Origin: Eledone cirrhosa
Lineage: Eukaryota
Assembly (NCBI GenBank): GCA_964016885.1
Contig: OZ024742.1
Span: 364,188,001 to 364,252,000 of the forward strand
Direction of reading: 5' to 3'
Length of the DNA: 64,000 bases
Positions 45,293 to 59,397 of the stretch are shown here, one piece after another. Each line of letters opens with the position of its first letter. Position 1 is the first letter of the stretch. The notes under the pieces were generated by a model. The model saw nothing but the letters and a program-made list of their open reading frames with translations. It was not told where the DNA came from and made no database searches. A program made the position numbers and the translations under genes.

Positions 45293-46041
45293 TGACAGTC
45301 ATAATTTCATTTATAAACAATCAAATTAGATTTATAAAAAAAAGCCTTCGTGAGCCACCTTTTTTAAAGTAAAAAGAAATTCAAACACAAACTGGCGCGA
45401 AAGCTGATGTGCTTATTCACGTGAGTGCATCAACCGACCAAACATCTCTCATATATGAAAAAACAACGCTTTTTTTGAAGGCAAATGTAATAAGAACTTT
45501 GTAACACGAACTAGCCCGAAATTTATTATACTTATTCACCAACCAACCTAATTACTTCTCTAAAAACCAAGCATTTCGAGCCACTTTTTTCCATATAAGA
45601 CAGAAATAACATTCAAACATCAACCAGATGTGAGAAAAACTACAGACACTCCATCTCAATTCTACTTTTGAAAAGCACAAGAACTGCGAAACCGGTAAAG
45701 GAACCAAATAAATATATATTCTCATAAAAAAAGACTCCAGTTGCATTTTCAATTTCATTTTTACCCTTATATATTCCCTCGTGTAGGACACCTCGTTTTT
45801 TTTTCTTTTTGTAAAAAAACCTCAATTTCTAATATATATATATATAATGAAGAGTGTGTGGCAAGGAATCAGGTGGACGATAACGCACTAGAGTACTCGA
45901 TACTTTGGGTAGTAGAGTGGGTTATAGGAAAAGATTCAGGACCCTGAGGGCTGAGCTCAAGCCGTTTCGCCGGCTATTTATGGAGTCCAGAAACAGCCGT
46001 CGAAACGGCTTGAGCTCAGCCGTCGGCGTCCTGAACATTTT

Positions 46042-46124
<83 letters not shown>

Positions 46125-46453
46125 AAATATATATGTATATATATATATATATCAATATATATAAAGAGAGTGAGGGAGAGAGGGTGTGAAAGAATGTGGG
46201 ACATGCAGGTATCTATACAATAACTGTATAGATCTCTAATGCCGGGTCCAGTGTTTGGGTGTAACAGAATCTTGGCAGGGTATATTTCTATCCTCCCCCA
46301 CTACCTCCACAACATCTCACCTACTTCTATCCCTACTCCCCTCCTCTACTGACATTAACACCACCACACAGTCTACAGTCATGATTTAAATCACAAAAAA
46401 TAAAAACATTTATAAATGGAAAGCAACAACAAACAACCTTGGATAGAGTAAAA

Positions 46454-46454
<1 letters not shown>

Positions 46455-46543
<89 letters not shown>

Positions 46544-46603
46544 AAGAAGAAGAAGAAGAAGAAGAAGAAGAAGAAGAAGAAGAAGAAGAAGAAGAAGAAG
46601 AAG
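46455..46603. repeat. Compound microsatellite (TAC)n(AAG)n
   Basis: Directly visible perfect repeats. Confidence 0.97.
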
Positions 46604-47449
46604 ACGTCATTATAGAGAAGTAATATTAAATAAAATATTTAAGACAGCAATCAGTGTTAGAATATTTTTTCACAGCTAGTTGGGAAGGGGAGCCGACGGC
46701 AAGTAAGACAGAAGCTAATATAGTAAATATATAACAACTAGAACAAACATGGAAGACATGATTACGAAACAGCAACTACAACAACAACATATGGAAAACA
46801 ACAAAAAGAAAAACTGCAAGAATAACAACATTTGCAAGAAAAACAAGAACAAATCAACAACAACTACAACAACAATACAACAACAATACAACAACAATAC
46901 AACAACAATACAGCAACAATACAACAACAACAACACAACAAAAACAATACAGCAACAATACAACAACAATACAACAACAATTAAACAACAACAATACAAC
47001 AACAATACAACAACATTACAGCAACAACAATACAACAACAATACAACAACAATACAACAACAACAATACAACAACAATACAACAACAATACAACAACAAT
47101 AGAACAACAATACAACAACAATACAGCAACAATACAACAACAATACAACAACAATACGACAACAAGAATACAACAACAATACAAACACAATTCAACAACA
47201 ATACAGCAACAATACAACAACAACAATACAACAACAATACAACAACAATACAACAACAATACAACAACAATACAACAACAACAATACAACAACAACAATA
47301 CAACAACAACAATACAACAACAATACAACAACAATACAATAACAACAACAAAACAGTGCCAGCAATAGTAGGAATTGACAACAACAATAACAAACAATTC
47401 TACAGAATTGAATTTAGAGGCAACAAGGGAAGACAGTCAGTTGACATGT

Positions 47450-47480
<31 letters not shown>

Positions 47481-47489
47481 GCATATACA

Positions 47490-47546
<57 letters not shown>

Positions 47547-47551
<5 letters not shown>

Positions 47552-47825
47552 TTAATATAGAAGAGATTCTACAGGACTAGAACTGTTTCTTTCATTAGAA
47601 ATCATCAGGAATCTGGGTATCAAAAAATAAAAATGGTATTTATTATTTTTTGATACCCAAAATAAAAATGGTATTTAATATTTTTTGATACCCAGTTCCT
47701 GATGATTTCTAATGAATGAAACAGTTCTAGTCCTGTAGAATCTCTTCTATATTAAAACTTTTATACTCTGCTATGTATTGAGTACCTTACTTACTGTGGT
47801 TACCTCCGATTCAACCCGGAATAAC

Positions 47826-47828
<3 letters not shown>
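47547..47828. mobile_element. Fold-back element carrying two oppositely oriented hammerheads (family D)
   Basis: Minus arm: AGATTC-CTGATGA-TTTC taat GAAA-GAAA-CAG ttctagtc CTG-TA-GAATCT (about 47563-47614); plus arm core at 47699-47737; second copy at 57394-57615. Confidence 0.82.
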
Positions 47829-47903
<75 letters not shown>

Positions 47904-48109
47904 TATATATGAGAAAAACCACAGACCCTCCATCTCAACTCTACTTTTGAAAAGCAGAAGAACTGCGAAACAGGTAAAGGAACCAAATAAATATATATAT
48001 GTTTTAAAAATAAGACTCCAGTTGTATTTTCGATTTCATCTCTTTTTCTTTATACTTTCACTCGTGTAGGACACCTCGGTTATTTTTCAATTTGTAAAAA
48101 AAACCTCAC

Positions 48110-48194
<85 letters not shown>

Positions 48195-48327
48195 ACGAAG
48201 GAAATGTGGTAAGGAACCAGGTGGACCATAACGCACCAAAGTACTCAATACTTAGGGTAGTAGAGTGGGTAATAAGAACGAGTAGGACCCCGACGGCTGA
48301 GCTCAAGCCGTCGGGGTCCTACTCGTT

Positions 48328-48403
<76 letters not shown>

Positions 48404-49904
48404 ACAACTACAACAACTACGACAATGACTACATTAACTACATTAACAATACCACCAAGGACAGCAGCAACAATAACAATAACAACTTCAACAATAAAAA
48501 CAACTACAACTACGACAATAACTACAACAACAACAACAACAACTACAACTATAACAACATTAACCACAACAACAACAGCAGCAAGAGAAATCCAACAATC
48601 TATAGAGATAACAGAGGATGTAAACACCATAACGACGTTTACGTTTGTTTCATTTAAGGCCTCAGTCGCCATCTTGTTAATATGTCTTCCTCTTTCGTTC
48701 CAACTAATTCTGATTAAAATATTTTTAAAACAGTAAAAAAACGTGACAATTATTACAGCGAAATCTTATCCATTGTAAAATCTACGAATCTCATTTTGTT
48801 TGCAGGTGTAATAATGTAATATTGTATATAGATGGAAAACATATCTGGACAGACACACATACACACACGTACATACGTACACACGTACACCGTGTCCATA
48901 TGTGCTACAGAGTGCTCACTGAGTTACTATTTCAGCGTTTTATATACACATGTATACACAATTCAGTGTATATGTGTGTGTGTGAATGTCTGTGTGTGTT
49001 TTCACACAGGTTTTCACATATAAATGTAGAACCTCCCGCACATATACATAGTCGACACACACTTATATACGTAACATACATACATACAGAACGACACTAC
49101 TAAAAACATATTTTGCCACACTCAGAATTGGCAATGATACATCTAATTTTTTTTTTCTGAATGACAAACATTTAATTTTAACTTTTGCTCTCTCTAATTA
49201 TCTTCCTCAAATGTTTCTGCTTGAGAAACTGGTACTTTAGTCGACACTGCAAAGACAATAGTCATTATTGATATCAACCAAATACACATACATACAATAT
49301 ATAAATCTTCGAATTTTAGTCTTCACATTTATTATTACTATATATATATATATATATAACGAAGGAAATGTGGTAAGAAACCAGGTGGACCATAACGCAC
49401 CAGAGTACTCGATACTTTGGGCACTAGAGTGGGTAATAGGAAAAGAGTCAGGACCCCGACGGCAGAGCTCAAACCGTTTCGACGTCCAGAAATACCCGTC
49501 GAAACGGCTTGAGCCCAGCCGTCGGGGTCCTGACTATTTTCCTGTGTATATATATATATATAGAAGTGGTTACACACCAGTTAGTTCACCATACCGAGAA
49601 CAGTAATCATCACCATCAACATCACTTTTATTATTATTATTGTTGTTGTTGTTAGTGCTGGTAGTCGACATGACATGGTCGTAGTCATAGTCATAGTAGG
49701 AGTAATACCCCATTATTATTGTTCATTTAGCTTGGGTTGGAATTTATTCATAAAATTCTTTTCTTTGATTTTTCTCTTGATTTCACTTGGGTGTGTAATT
49801 TGTAGAATGGAAATATTATAAATACTCTCTGACCACATGTTGATAGATGGTTACTCAGGTGTATCTGACGGACTGTATATAAAGCACAAACTTTACCCAT
49901 CTCA

Positions 49905-52900
49905 TTACAGTTGAAAATTGCAAACTTGACTGTCACCACAGAATGTGAACCTGAAGATTGCGAAAGCAGGAAAGTACTTGTTCAATTAACACTTAACATC
50001 TAATATTCTACCATACTATTTCATTCTAATACCATTATACATTTTAAAGGATTGTAAATAAAACGAGTAAAGCAGACAAAGTTGGAATTCCTTTTATTAA
50101 TATAATCTTCTATACACAATCATACACACCCGTGTATATTTATTTATATATATATATATTTATATTTATATTGTGTATATGCCAACATGTCTGGAAAGCA
50201 ACAAATGGAATAAACAGAATCAGAAAGAATTCTAAAGGAGACATCATCGAAATTATCAACACTTATCATGATGATGGACACACAATCCTCTATTTTAAAG
50301 AAAATAGAAAAACAATCTACAGACGGAAAACTTATAACTGAACATATAAACTCCGAAATTAAGAATTTAGCTGAAATTATACCAACAGTTATCAAAGATA
50401 CAAGAGAAAGCCTACCACAACCACCTTGGATGTCAGAACTAAACGAAAGAAATTTGGAAAACAAAACACATCAAAGAAGAAAAGAAATGTGGAAGACATG
50501 GAAAAAATTTCTTAACATAAGAAAACAAACAAGCATACAAATGCGAAAAATATGTCGAAACACATTCGAAATGGCTCTCTCTAACGGCACCCATACTCCC
50601 TCGTAAATACCTAATTACAGAAACTGTAGGAGAACCAGAAGAAGAAACAAAACTCCGATGGGAACTTACATTGACAAAATTCAGAACCGACATCTCCATT
50701 TCTCAATGTAAACAATGCCGCTACAAAGCCTTTGATGACCAAATTGAAGTCAAAATTTCAAAGCTAACGACTGGTAATATAGCTGAAAAACTACGAGAAC
50801 TATGGATCAGAGATACCTCAAAAGAAGAAAGCAAATCAAGAAAGTTATAGCAGCAGAAACAATTATTTCTCGACGAATATGCTGCAGATTATGGTAAAGA
50901 GAAAAAGCATTAAAAGTGGACAATCTCACCAACACAACATACGACCGAACACGTGGCAACACAAACACTTACATTACCTTGAATCAAAGACGACTACGGT
51001 AAGAACTCTTCGCTTTTTCTACAAAAACACCCTAACGCACACACCATGAACAAAAAGCACAAACACGATAGTTATTCCTTTGACCAGACTACGAGAAGTA
51101 GGAAAACCAGGAGATCATTCTCAAGATCTCAACAGAGACTACCCACAAGGAACGGGGACAAATACTGTAGAATAACCAGATCACTCTCAAGATCTCAACA
51201 GGGATTACCCACAAGAAACTGGGCGAAAAAACGATCTAAACCTGAAAGCAAACCTAGGTCATTTCCCCAGATTGTTAAAAATAATGCTAACAAGAAATGG
51301 AAAAATAATATACATAAAACCAAAAATAGGACAAAAAACATAACGAAACTAAATATAATATCACGACCAAAAGTTCATCAAGCGAACACCAACAGGAATA
51401 TAAATCCTGAACAGAGAAAAATCCATTTTTTAACGTCAGGACAACAAAAACCGGAAAAAGAAAAACTCCAGGAGGAAACATACCCAAAACAACTGTACAC
51501 GTAGATCCTAAAATAATTAATTTATCCAAAAGAGATCTTGACAATGATGAAATGCAAATTCTGTCAAAAGGACTGAAATTCACACCGACTCCAACCGTCA
51601 ACCACCAAGAACTGAAGGAGGATACCCAAGAATTCTGTCGAAAATAACAACTTGTAGAATTCTTCGCTGATAAAAGTAATGAGTGATGAATCATAGTAAA
51701 GAATAAATCAAATTTCACTCCGCCAAAAGGAAGAAATATCTATCTCGACCAATACATTGACATCCTGTCTAAATTTCCTCTTAGACGTAATACTAATGTT
51801 AGGACACACATTAACAAATCAGAAATGTCTGCACTTAAACGTATAGAAAATGATAAAACAATAATAATTCAACAAGCAGATAAAGGGGGTGCAGTTGTTA
51901 TGATGGATGCTGAATACTACAAAGATTTGGTTGAAGAACAACTGAAAGACACAACATTCTATCATGAAATACCGTCAAATATAGACCACAACATCATGAA
52001 GAAGATCAACAACCTGGCTTCAAAATAACACAACTCACTTACTGATAAGGAAAGAGACTACATCACCAATTTTGAGCCAAAACCCAGCAACCTGTATGGC
52101 CTACCGAAAGTTCATAAGTCAAAAGAAATACAACTGGCAGTAAAAGAACAAAACAGTGAGTACATTAAATTACTACACCCAAAAGGCTTAAAACTTAGAC
52201 CTATTATAGCTGGTCCAACATGCCCTACCCACCGTCTAAGCAATTTTGTTGACATTATTGTGAAACCACTATGTATTCACATACCCAGTTTCATCCGGGA
52301 TGATATCGACTTCCTGTCCCATCTTCCCAAAACCACGGAAACGAATTCACTTCTACTTAGTTTTGATGTGGTAAGCCTTTACACCAACATTACACATGAT
52401 TTAGGAATAAAGGCGGTTAAATACTGGGTGGAAAATCATAGAGAAGTGATTCCGACCAGATTCACAGCGCCATTTATATTAGACGCAGTCAAACTTATTC
52501 TGCAAAACAACACTTTCTTCTTCAATGGAAAGAATTACATCCAAATTAGAGGCACAGCGATGGGAACGAAGTTTGCTCCCGTTGTCGCGAACTCTGTAAT
52601 GGGATACTTAGAACAACAACTCTACCAAGAAATAGAGGAAAAATATAGAATTGATTTTAGAAAGTACATTGAAAAATCTTGGAAGAGATACCTTGATGAC
52701 TGTTTCATCATCTGGACAGAATCTCTAGATACTCTGGATGAGTTCAATATCCTCCTGAATAACCTACACCCTTCTCTCCAATTCACACAAGAGATGAGTA
52801 GCACCAAATTACCATTCCTAGATATAATGGTAATCAAAAACGACATAACCATTACCACGGATATATATTATAAACACACAGACACCCAGCAATATCTGAA

Positions 52901-53577
52901 TTTTAAGTCATGCCATCCACCTCATACAACACGCAACATCCCATACTGTCTAGCCAGAAGAATTTGTACCATTATAGAAGATACGAATACCAGGTACAAA
53001 CGCCTAACAGAACTGAGAGAATTTTTGCTCAAACAAAAGTACCCATCTCTACTTATAGAAAATGGCATACAGCGGGCTATAAAAATACCTATACTACAAC
53101 TTAGGACAACCTAAGGAAGAAGAAACCAAGAACTGGTCATACCATTTATAATGACACACAATCCATGTCACCAGAATATCTTCAACACTGCCAAAGCAAA
53201 CCTACCGATTATTATTCAAAGTAATGAATTAAAAGGCTTAATCACAGACCGATCTTTGACTCTTAGTAAAAGACAGCCGAAAAATTTGAAGCAATTACTA
53301 ACAAAAGCAAAGTTTGACCTTAACAACAAAGACCAATCATTCACCGTATCTAAATGCAATGATAGTCGATGTGGCACATTTCAATCCATACACAACCTGA
53401 AGATTGCGAAAGCATGAAAGTACTTGTTCAATTAACGCTTAACATTTAATATTCTACCATACTATTTCATTCTAATACATTTATACATTTTAAAGGATTG
53501 TAAATAAAACGAGTAAATCAGACAAAGTTGAAATACCTTTTATTAATATAATCTTCTATACACAATTATACACACCA

Positions 53578-53582
<5 letters not shown>
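49905..53582 (+). mobile_element. Neptune-like Penelope element, decayed, direct pLTRs, GIY-YIG domain deleted
   Basis: IINLSKR..LSKGLKFTPTP, ADKGGAVV, RT 52260-53114 (SFDVVSLYTNI, GTAMGTKFAP, WKRYLDDCF, LPFLDI, SCHP); Cys linker CNDSRCGT followed directly by pLTR; repeats at 49946-50135 and 53395-53582. Confidence 0.9.
49946..49984 (+). ncRNA. Minimal type I hammerhead in pLTR
   Basis: TGAAC-CTGAAGA-tTGC gaaa GCAg-GAAA-GTAC-TT-GTTCA; copies at about 53395-53430(+) and 63283-63321(-). Confidence 0.82.
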
Positions 53583-53635
<53 letters not shown>

Positions 53636-54106
53636 GCATACAGTATATTGCAAAATACACTATATATACATATAATATATATATAAGTATATATATATAT
53701 AAGATAAAACAATGAAATAAAAATTCAAGTCATTTGAAATATACTTCACTGCTTTACGATCGTTTCTAGGTGATAATAATACATCGTACGCATATTTCGT
53801 TATCGATCTATGTAGGGTTACAAAATATCAGATAAGGAATAGATTTACTACATGTATCATCAGCTGTTGTTCCAAAGCAATGAGAGTTTTATTCAAAATC
53901 AATAGTATTTTGAGTTCTATGAACTTATTTGGAGGTAGCTGAAGAACAAACCAATCAAATTGTTTTTTTCCATATGATGTTAAGATGAAAAATAAGTCAC
54001 TTTATTAGAGTATATATATATATATGTATATATAGTGTATTTTGAAATACACTGTATGCTTAATTATATATATATATATATACTGTGTATGGCAAAATAC
54101 ACTATA

Positions 54107-54146
<40 letters not shown>

Positions 54147-54149
54147 CAT

Positions 54150-54646
54150 ACATATATAAAGTTGTAGTTCCTGTCTATTTGTTTGTTTGTTCACGAACTC
54201 CTCCTATGGTTTTGGAGATAGACACCCCATAACCACATATATTCTGAAACTAAATTGCCTAGAGTTCTAGGATAATTATATTTCATTCTAAGCAAAGTGT
54301 TCCCGGGAGCACAAACCCCCGCTGAAAATGTTTTCCCTTCGATTTATATGAAATTTAAACCATAGGTAAATGACAAGATATTATGCCTATGCACAAAAGT
54401 TTTGAATTGATATTTTCAAAAAAATTATTTACAAGAAACAAAATAAGAATAAGATTTAATAATGTAATCTTGATTTGATATATTGCAAAAAATAATGTTT
54501 TCCAATTTTTCATGCATTATATTTTACGTTGAGTAATATTGAAATGGGGAGTTTTTCTTCATAAATTATATTACTGATTTAAAATCAATCAACACATTCT
54601 TATAAAAAAATGTGTGAAACGCAGCAAGGCGCGGGTACTTCGGCTA

Positions 54647-54647
<1 letters not shown>
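54150..54647 (+). mobile_element. Non-autonomous Helitron (5' end obscured by TA repeat)
   Basis: TATATATAAAGTTGTAG start, (GTTT)n, 3' hairpin CGCAGCAAGGCGCG then CTAG|T at 54644-54647. Confidence 0.7.
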
Positions 54648-54689
<42 letters not shown>

Positions 54690-54861
54690 CATACATACAT
54701 ATAAATCTATTCCTTATCTGATATTTTGTAACTAACCCTACATAGATCGATAACGAAATATGCGTACGATGTATTATTATCACCTAGAAACGATCGTAAA
54801 TCAGTGAAGTATATTTCTAATGACTTGAATTTTTATTTCATTGTTTTAACTTATATATATA

Positions 54862-54917
<56 letters not shown>

Positions 54918-54965
54918 TTGTTTTAACTTATATATATATATATATATATATATTCATTGTTTTAA

Positions 54966-55003
<38 letters not shown>

Positions 55004-55510
55004 AGGCAAACCTAATATATATAGAATATATATATATATATATATATATATTCTATATATATTAGGTTTGCCCATATTTTTCAACTTTCTAAAAGTTTAG
55101 CTCCCACCCCCCTTTCTTGTTTCAATTAATAAAAAAACAAAACAATCTATTCAAAACTTTACCTCAAGCAGATAACTGCAAGTCGTCCCTCATCGACGTG
55201 ACATTTTGAAGTTTTCGCCTGGAAAGTCATTTTTTCAGATAAACATTTTTTACCTCCTGTAATGTACTCTTAAATTAAAAACTTGTTCCGACTTATTCTG
55301 GTATTAGAAAGATAAGTGACAATAAATATAATGGGGAAGGCAACTTGCAATGTTGGGGACAGAGGCCAGGTATAGGGCAAACACCTATCTTTCGGTGTGA
55401 GAGCAGGAACATTTTAATTTTCGGAAAATTACCTATTGGTAAGGGCCACCACAATATACATGTATCAGTATGTGGTTGATAGCTGAGAGAAACAAGTACT
55501 CGGTATTGAG

Positions 55511-55615
<105 letters not shown>

Positions 55616-55694
55616 ATATATATACTCTCCTCACTATCTTTGCTTTCATATTTCTCCTTGCTCCCCTTTTCTCATTGTATTTGTATATAAACAA

Positions 55695-56127
55695 TGAGAA
55701 TTGGAGAACAAGGAGAAAAGTAGAGCAAGCAGAGCAATGACAAAAGGAGAGCAAGGAGAGCAATGTAAAAAGGAGAGCAAGGAGTGCAAGGAGCGCAATG
55801 AGAAAAGGAGAGCAAGTAGAGCAAGTAGAGCAAGGAGAGCAAGGAGAGCAAGGAGAGCAATGAGAAAAGGAGAGCAAGTAGAGCAAGTAGAGCAAGTAGA
55901 GCAAGGAGAGCAATGAGAAAAGGAGAGCAAGTAGAGCAAGTAGAGCAAATAGAGCAAGGAGAGCAGTGTGAAAAGGAGAGCAAGTAGAGCAAGTAGAGCA
56001 AGTAGAGCAAGTAGAGCAAGTAGAGCAAGTAGAGCAAGGAGAGCAATGAGAAAAGGAGAGTAAGGAGAGCAAGGAGAGCACTAGGAAAATGAGAGCAAGG
56101 AGAACAAGGAGAGCAATAAGAAAAGGA
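55695..56127. repeat. 9-bp-based purine minisatellite (AGAGCAAGT/AGAGCAAGG with GAGAAAAGG)
   Basis: Directly visible; explains the spurious CST/LLA ORFs. Confidence 0.93.
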
Positions 56128-56365
56128 GTTTTTGTCTTTTGTAATTCCTGGTACAACATTTTCTTCACGAGGTTTTCTATCAGCACTGATATTCCTGGTT
56201 ACAAAAGAGGACTTAAAATTTTTCAGAAGACAGTTGTTGTGAATGGTGCAGAAAGAGGTGTCAAACTCACTCAGGATTACAAAAGATGAAACTGAGAAAC
56301 AATTTGTTTTACAGATCGTTACTGAAAACATACCCAACTGCCACTAAATCCTCTCTTATGCAAAA

Positions 56366-56885
56366 ATAATTGTTTCTACATTGGCACAAGACCAGCAATT
56401 ATCCAGTACACTACTGGTACTTTTTTTATCGCCCTAGTAAGGATGAAAGGAAAAGTTAACCTCGGCGGGGTTTGAACTCAGATCGTAAAGGGCCGTAACT
56501 CTTTGCTGCAAAGCATGGCGTCCGACCCTTTACCGATACTGTCAATCAAAATAACTATTTCTACTTTTGGCACAAGGCCAGCATTTACCCCAGTATATTA
56601 CTGGTACTTTATTTTATCGACCCCGTAAGGATGAAAGGCAAAGTTAACCTCGGCGGGATTTGAACTCAGATCATAAAGGGGCGTAACTCTGTGCTGATCA
56701 AAATAATTGTTTCTACTTTAGGCACAAGGCCAGCAATTACCCAGTACATTACTGGTACTTTTATTTTATCGACCCCGTAAGGATGAAAGGCAAAGTCAAA
56801 TTCGGCGGGATTTGAACTCAGATCGTAAAGGGACGTAACTATGCTGGAAAGCATGGCGTCCGACCCTCTACCGATACTGCCACAA
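56366..56885 (-). mobile_element. Three tandem copies of the Meta-like SINE
   Basis: Three successive GGATGAAAGG..TCGGCGGG.TTTGAACTCAG units at about 56366, 56552 and 56703. Confidence 0.85.
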
Positions 56886-57338
56886 AATAATGTTCAATAT
56901 TCGGTCGTCAGTGTTTACATTATGTTTTTGATACAATAGAAATTATTTGTAAATAAAAATGCGTTTCTCTAATAGAGGTTGTGTGCTTTGTTAAGAAAAC
57001 CTAATATTTCTTAAGTGTTTCATATTATTTCAGGAATTTTTCAAATTAACTATTGGTAAATTTGATTCAGAACGTTTTTAAACATTTGCTGGGTTTGCCT
57101 GGCTGTGTCCACATAAATTTCTCTAAGAAGAGAAAAGAAAATGGTCGAGATAGGGAACAGTATCCCGCTTTTGAACAGAATTAACCATTGCGTATACTAT
57201 GTTCCAAATTCAAGGCGTTTGAGGGTCGCCTAACAATTGTCCGATTGAGGTGAAATTTTGCACCCCGTATCCTTCAGGATTGGAACATTGTTAGGTTGTG
57301 GGAGCTGCAAAATGTTAACTTTCGGAAAATGACCACCC

Positions 57339-57398
<60 letters not shown>

Positions 57399-57464
57399 TT
57401 AATATAGATGAGATGCTACATGATTAGAACTGTTTCATTCTATAGAAATCATCAGAATCGGGCC

Positions 57465-57515
57465 AGATTCCTGATGATTTCTAAAGAATGAAACAGTTCT
57501 AGTCCTGTAGAATCT
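57465..57515 (+). ncRNA. Type I hammerhead ribozyme (family D)
   Basis: AGATTC-CTGATGA-tttc taaa gaat-GAAA-CAG ttctagtc CTG-TA-GAATCT; inverted partner at about 57411-57459. Confidence 0.8.
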
Positions 57516-57624
57516 CATCTATATTAACACTATATATATATATATATATATATATATGCTATGTATTGAGTACCTTACTTACTGTGGTTACCTCCGATTC
57601 AACCCGGAATAACTTATCTATCTA

Positions 57625-57655
<31 letters not shown>

Positions 57656-57656
57656 G

Positions 57657-57694
<38 letters not shown>

Positions 57695-57731
57695 TATGTA
57701 TATATATAAGAAAAAATATATACATATATAT

Positions 57732-58764
57732 ACCAGATAGAAAAATGCGTACAGCAAAAAAAAGTAAGATTGTTGGAATATAAACCTTTAAAAATACAGG
57801 ACAAGAAACTAAAATAAAACTTTAAAGAATTAGACAAGAAATAAAAAATTTTACAATAATATTAGTGGCAAAATTTTTATTGGTAAAAAATCGAGTTCCA
57901 CATTCATAGGTTCTGGGTACCACATTCAGAGGTCGTCGTCAGACAGGGGGGATCATCTGATCCTGGTTTGAACAGCAATTGGGCCATAACCATACCCCTA
58001 TTTCATCATTCGGCGACACGCCTCATGTGTCATGCATAATGTGAATGGACCCATGGGCCCATGAGCACAGATCTTGAGCAGCAGCGGACGGTCTTGTCGT
58101 CCCGCTCATCCTTGATCTTGACCAACCCGTCCATCTTCTCCTTGCATCTTGTTCTTGAGTTCAAGTCCGGCAGTCCAGATGAATGCGTGCCACATCTTTT
58201 TGGTACAGGAAGGGGGGGGGGGGGCAGGAGGACTGGAGGGATGACGGGACAGAGGGAGGGAGGACCGGTGGTTGAGGGAGGTGCCGTAGTCGGTGGTCAG
58301 AGTCGACATCTTGTCCCGGTCGTCTTCTGCATCTTCGTCTGGTGTTGCGGGACCAGAAGTGCATTCTTGGAGGAGATCTGCAGCTGCATCGGCCAATTTT
58401 TCTTGCAATGGTCATTCTGACGGAGCAGAACTGCTAAGCCAACCAATCCCAACCAGAACCAACCGCTCAGGAGCAACGCACAATGAGAGCATGACAATTA
58501 TTATACACTAATCAAGAAGATACTGGGGCATAGCACAGGAAACGAATAAAAAAAGTTTGCCACTAATATTATTGTAAATTTTTTTATTTCTTGTCCAATT
58601 CTTTAAAGTTTTATCTTAGTTTCCTGTCCTATTCTTTTAAAGTTTTATCTTAGTTTCTTGTCCTATTCTTTTAAAGTTTTATTTTAGTTTCTTGTCCTGT
58701 ATTTTTAAAGGTTTATATTCCAACAATATTACTTTTTTTTGCTGTACGCATTTTTCTATCTGGT
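57732..58764. mobile_element. Non-autonomous TIR element with ~145-bp TIRs and a GC-rich coding-like internal fragment
   Basis: ACCAGATAGAAAAATGCGTACAGC... at 57732-57878 is inverted at 58550-58764 (right TIR has extra ~33-bp tandem copies). Confidence 0.8.
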
Positions 58765-59037
58765 CTACTATTTTTTAAGGCAATGCAAGCAACAACTATC
58801 TAATAATTAAATGATCATAGTGAATTACTGACAAGTGATTGACATTTTAAAGTTCTTTTGAGTATAATTGCAATCTAGTTGAGGCAACTGGCTTAATGAC
58901 AAAGCTAGTAAATCATGAATGCATTTGAGATGATTAGTGCATAATAGTGAATTGGTGAAACTTGTGCATTTCAATGGTGTTACAACAATAGATGTAAGTT
59001 ATATAGTAGTAATACTTTATCATTTTAACTTTTTAGA

Positions 59038-59397
59038 ATGGACAAAAACCCATGCAAAGAAATGACTTTGACTGCAGTGATTCTCTCCAATTTACTTACA
59101 AAGCAAAACGTGGTCAAATACCTTATCATCTCTGATAAAATGCCCATTGAATCACTGAAAATCGGATGCATGGAATTCCTCATAAAATGCACCTATGAAT
59201 CGGAAGCCATCACATATATCAATGGATATAAGGAGTTGTTCACACTGGAAGACCATCACTTCATTTGTGACTTCATCAGTTATCTCCACGATTATCTCAG
59301 ACACCCAATGCCATTGATGAGAGGTGATCCAATGTGTGAGCATGTAACTAATCTTATAGAAGTTGTTATCGACCACCTGGCTTTTAGTGACATTTGA
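59038..59397 (+). CDS. 119-aa protein with BACK/BPM-like helical domain
   Basis: Intact non-repetitive ORF; LSNLLTKQNVVKYLIISDKMPIESLKIGCMEFL..AITYINGYKEL resembles the SPOP-type BACK pattern (by eye); 43-nt GTAAGT..TTTTAG candidate intron at 58994-59036; AATAAA at 59483. Confidence 0.55.
   Translation: MDKNPCKEMTLTAVILSNLLTKQNVVKYLIISDKMPIESLKIGCMEFLIKCTYESEAITYINGYKELFTLEDHHFICDFISYLHDYLRHPMPLMRGDPMCEHVTNLIEVVIDHLAFSDI

Noticed and set aside
50132-51504. Separate ORFs upstream of the RT (112 aa, 152 aa) as independent genes
   Set aside because: They lie between the pLTRs in the element's orientation; best read as broken pieces of the PLE N-terminal region.
53755-53866. Possible hammerhead CTGATGA...GAAACGATCGTA on the minus strand
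   Set aside because: The stem I strands are not complementary and stem II is poor; at most a degenerate remnant.
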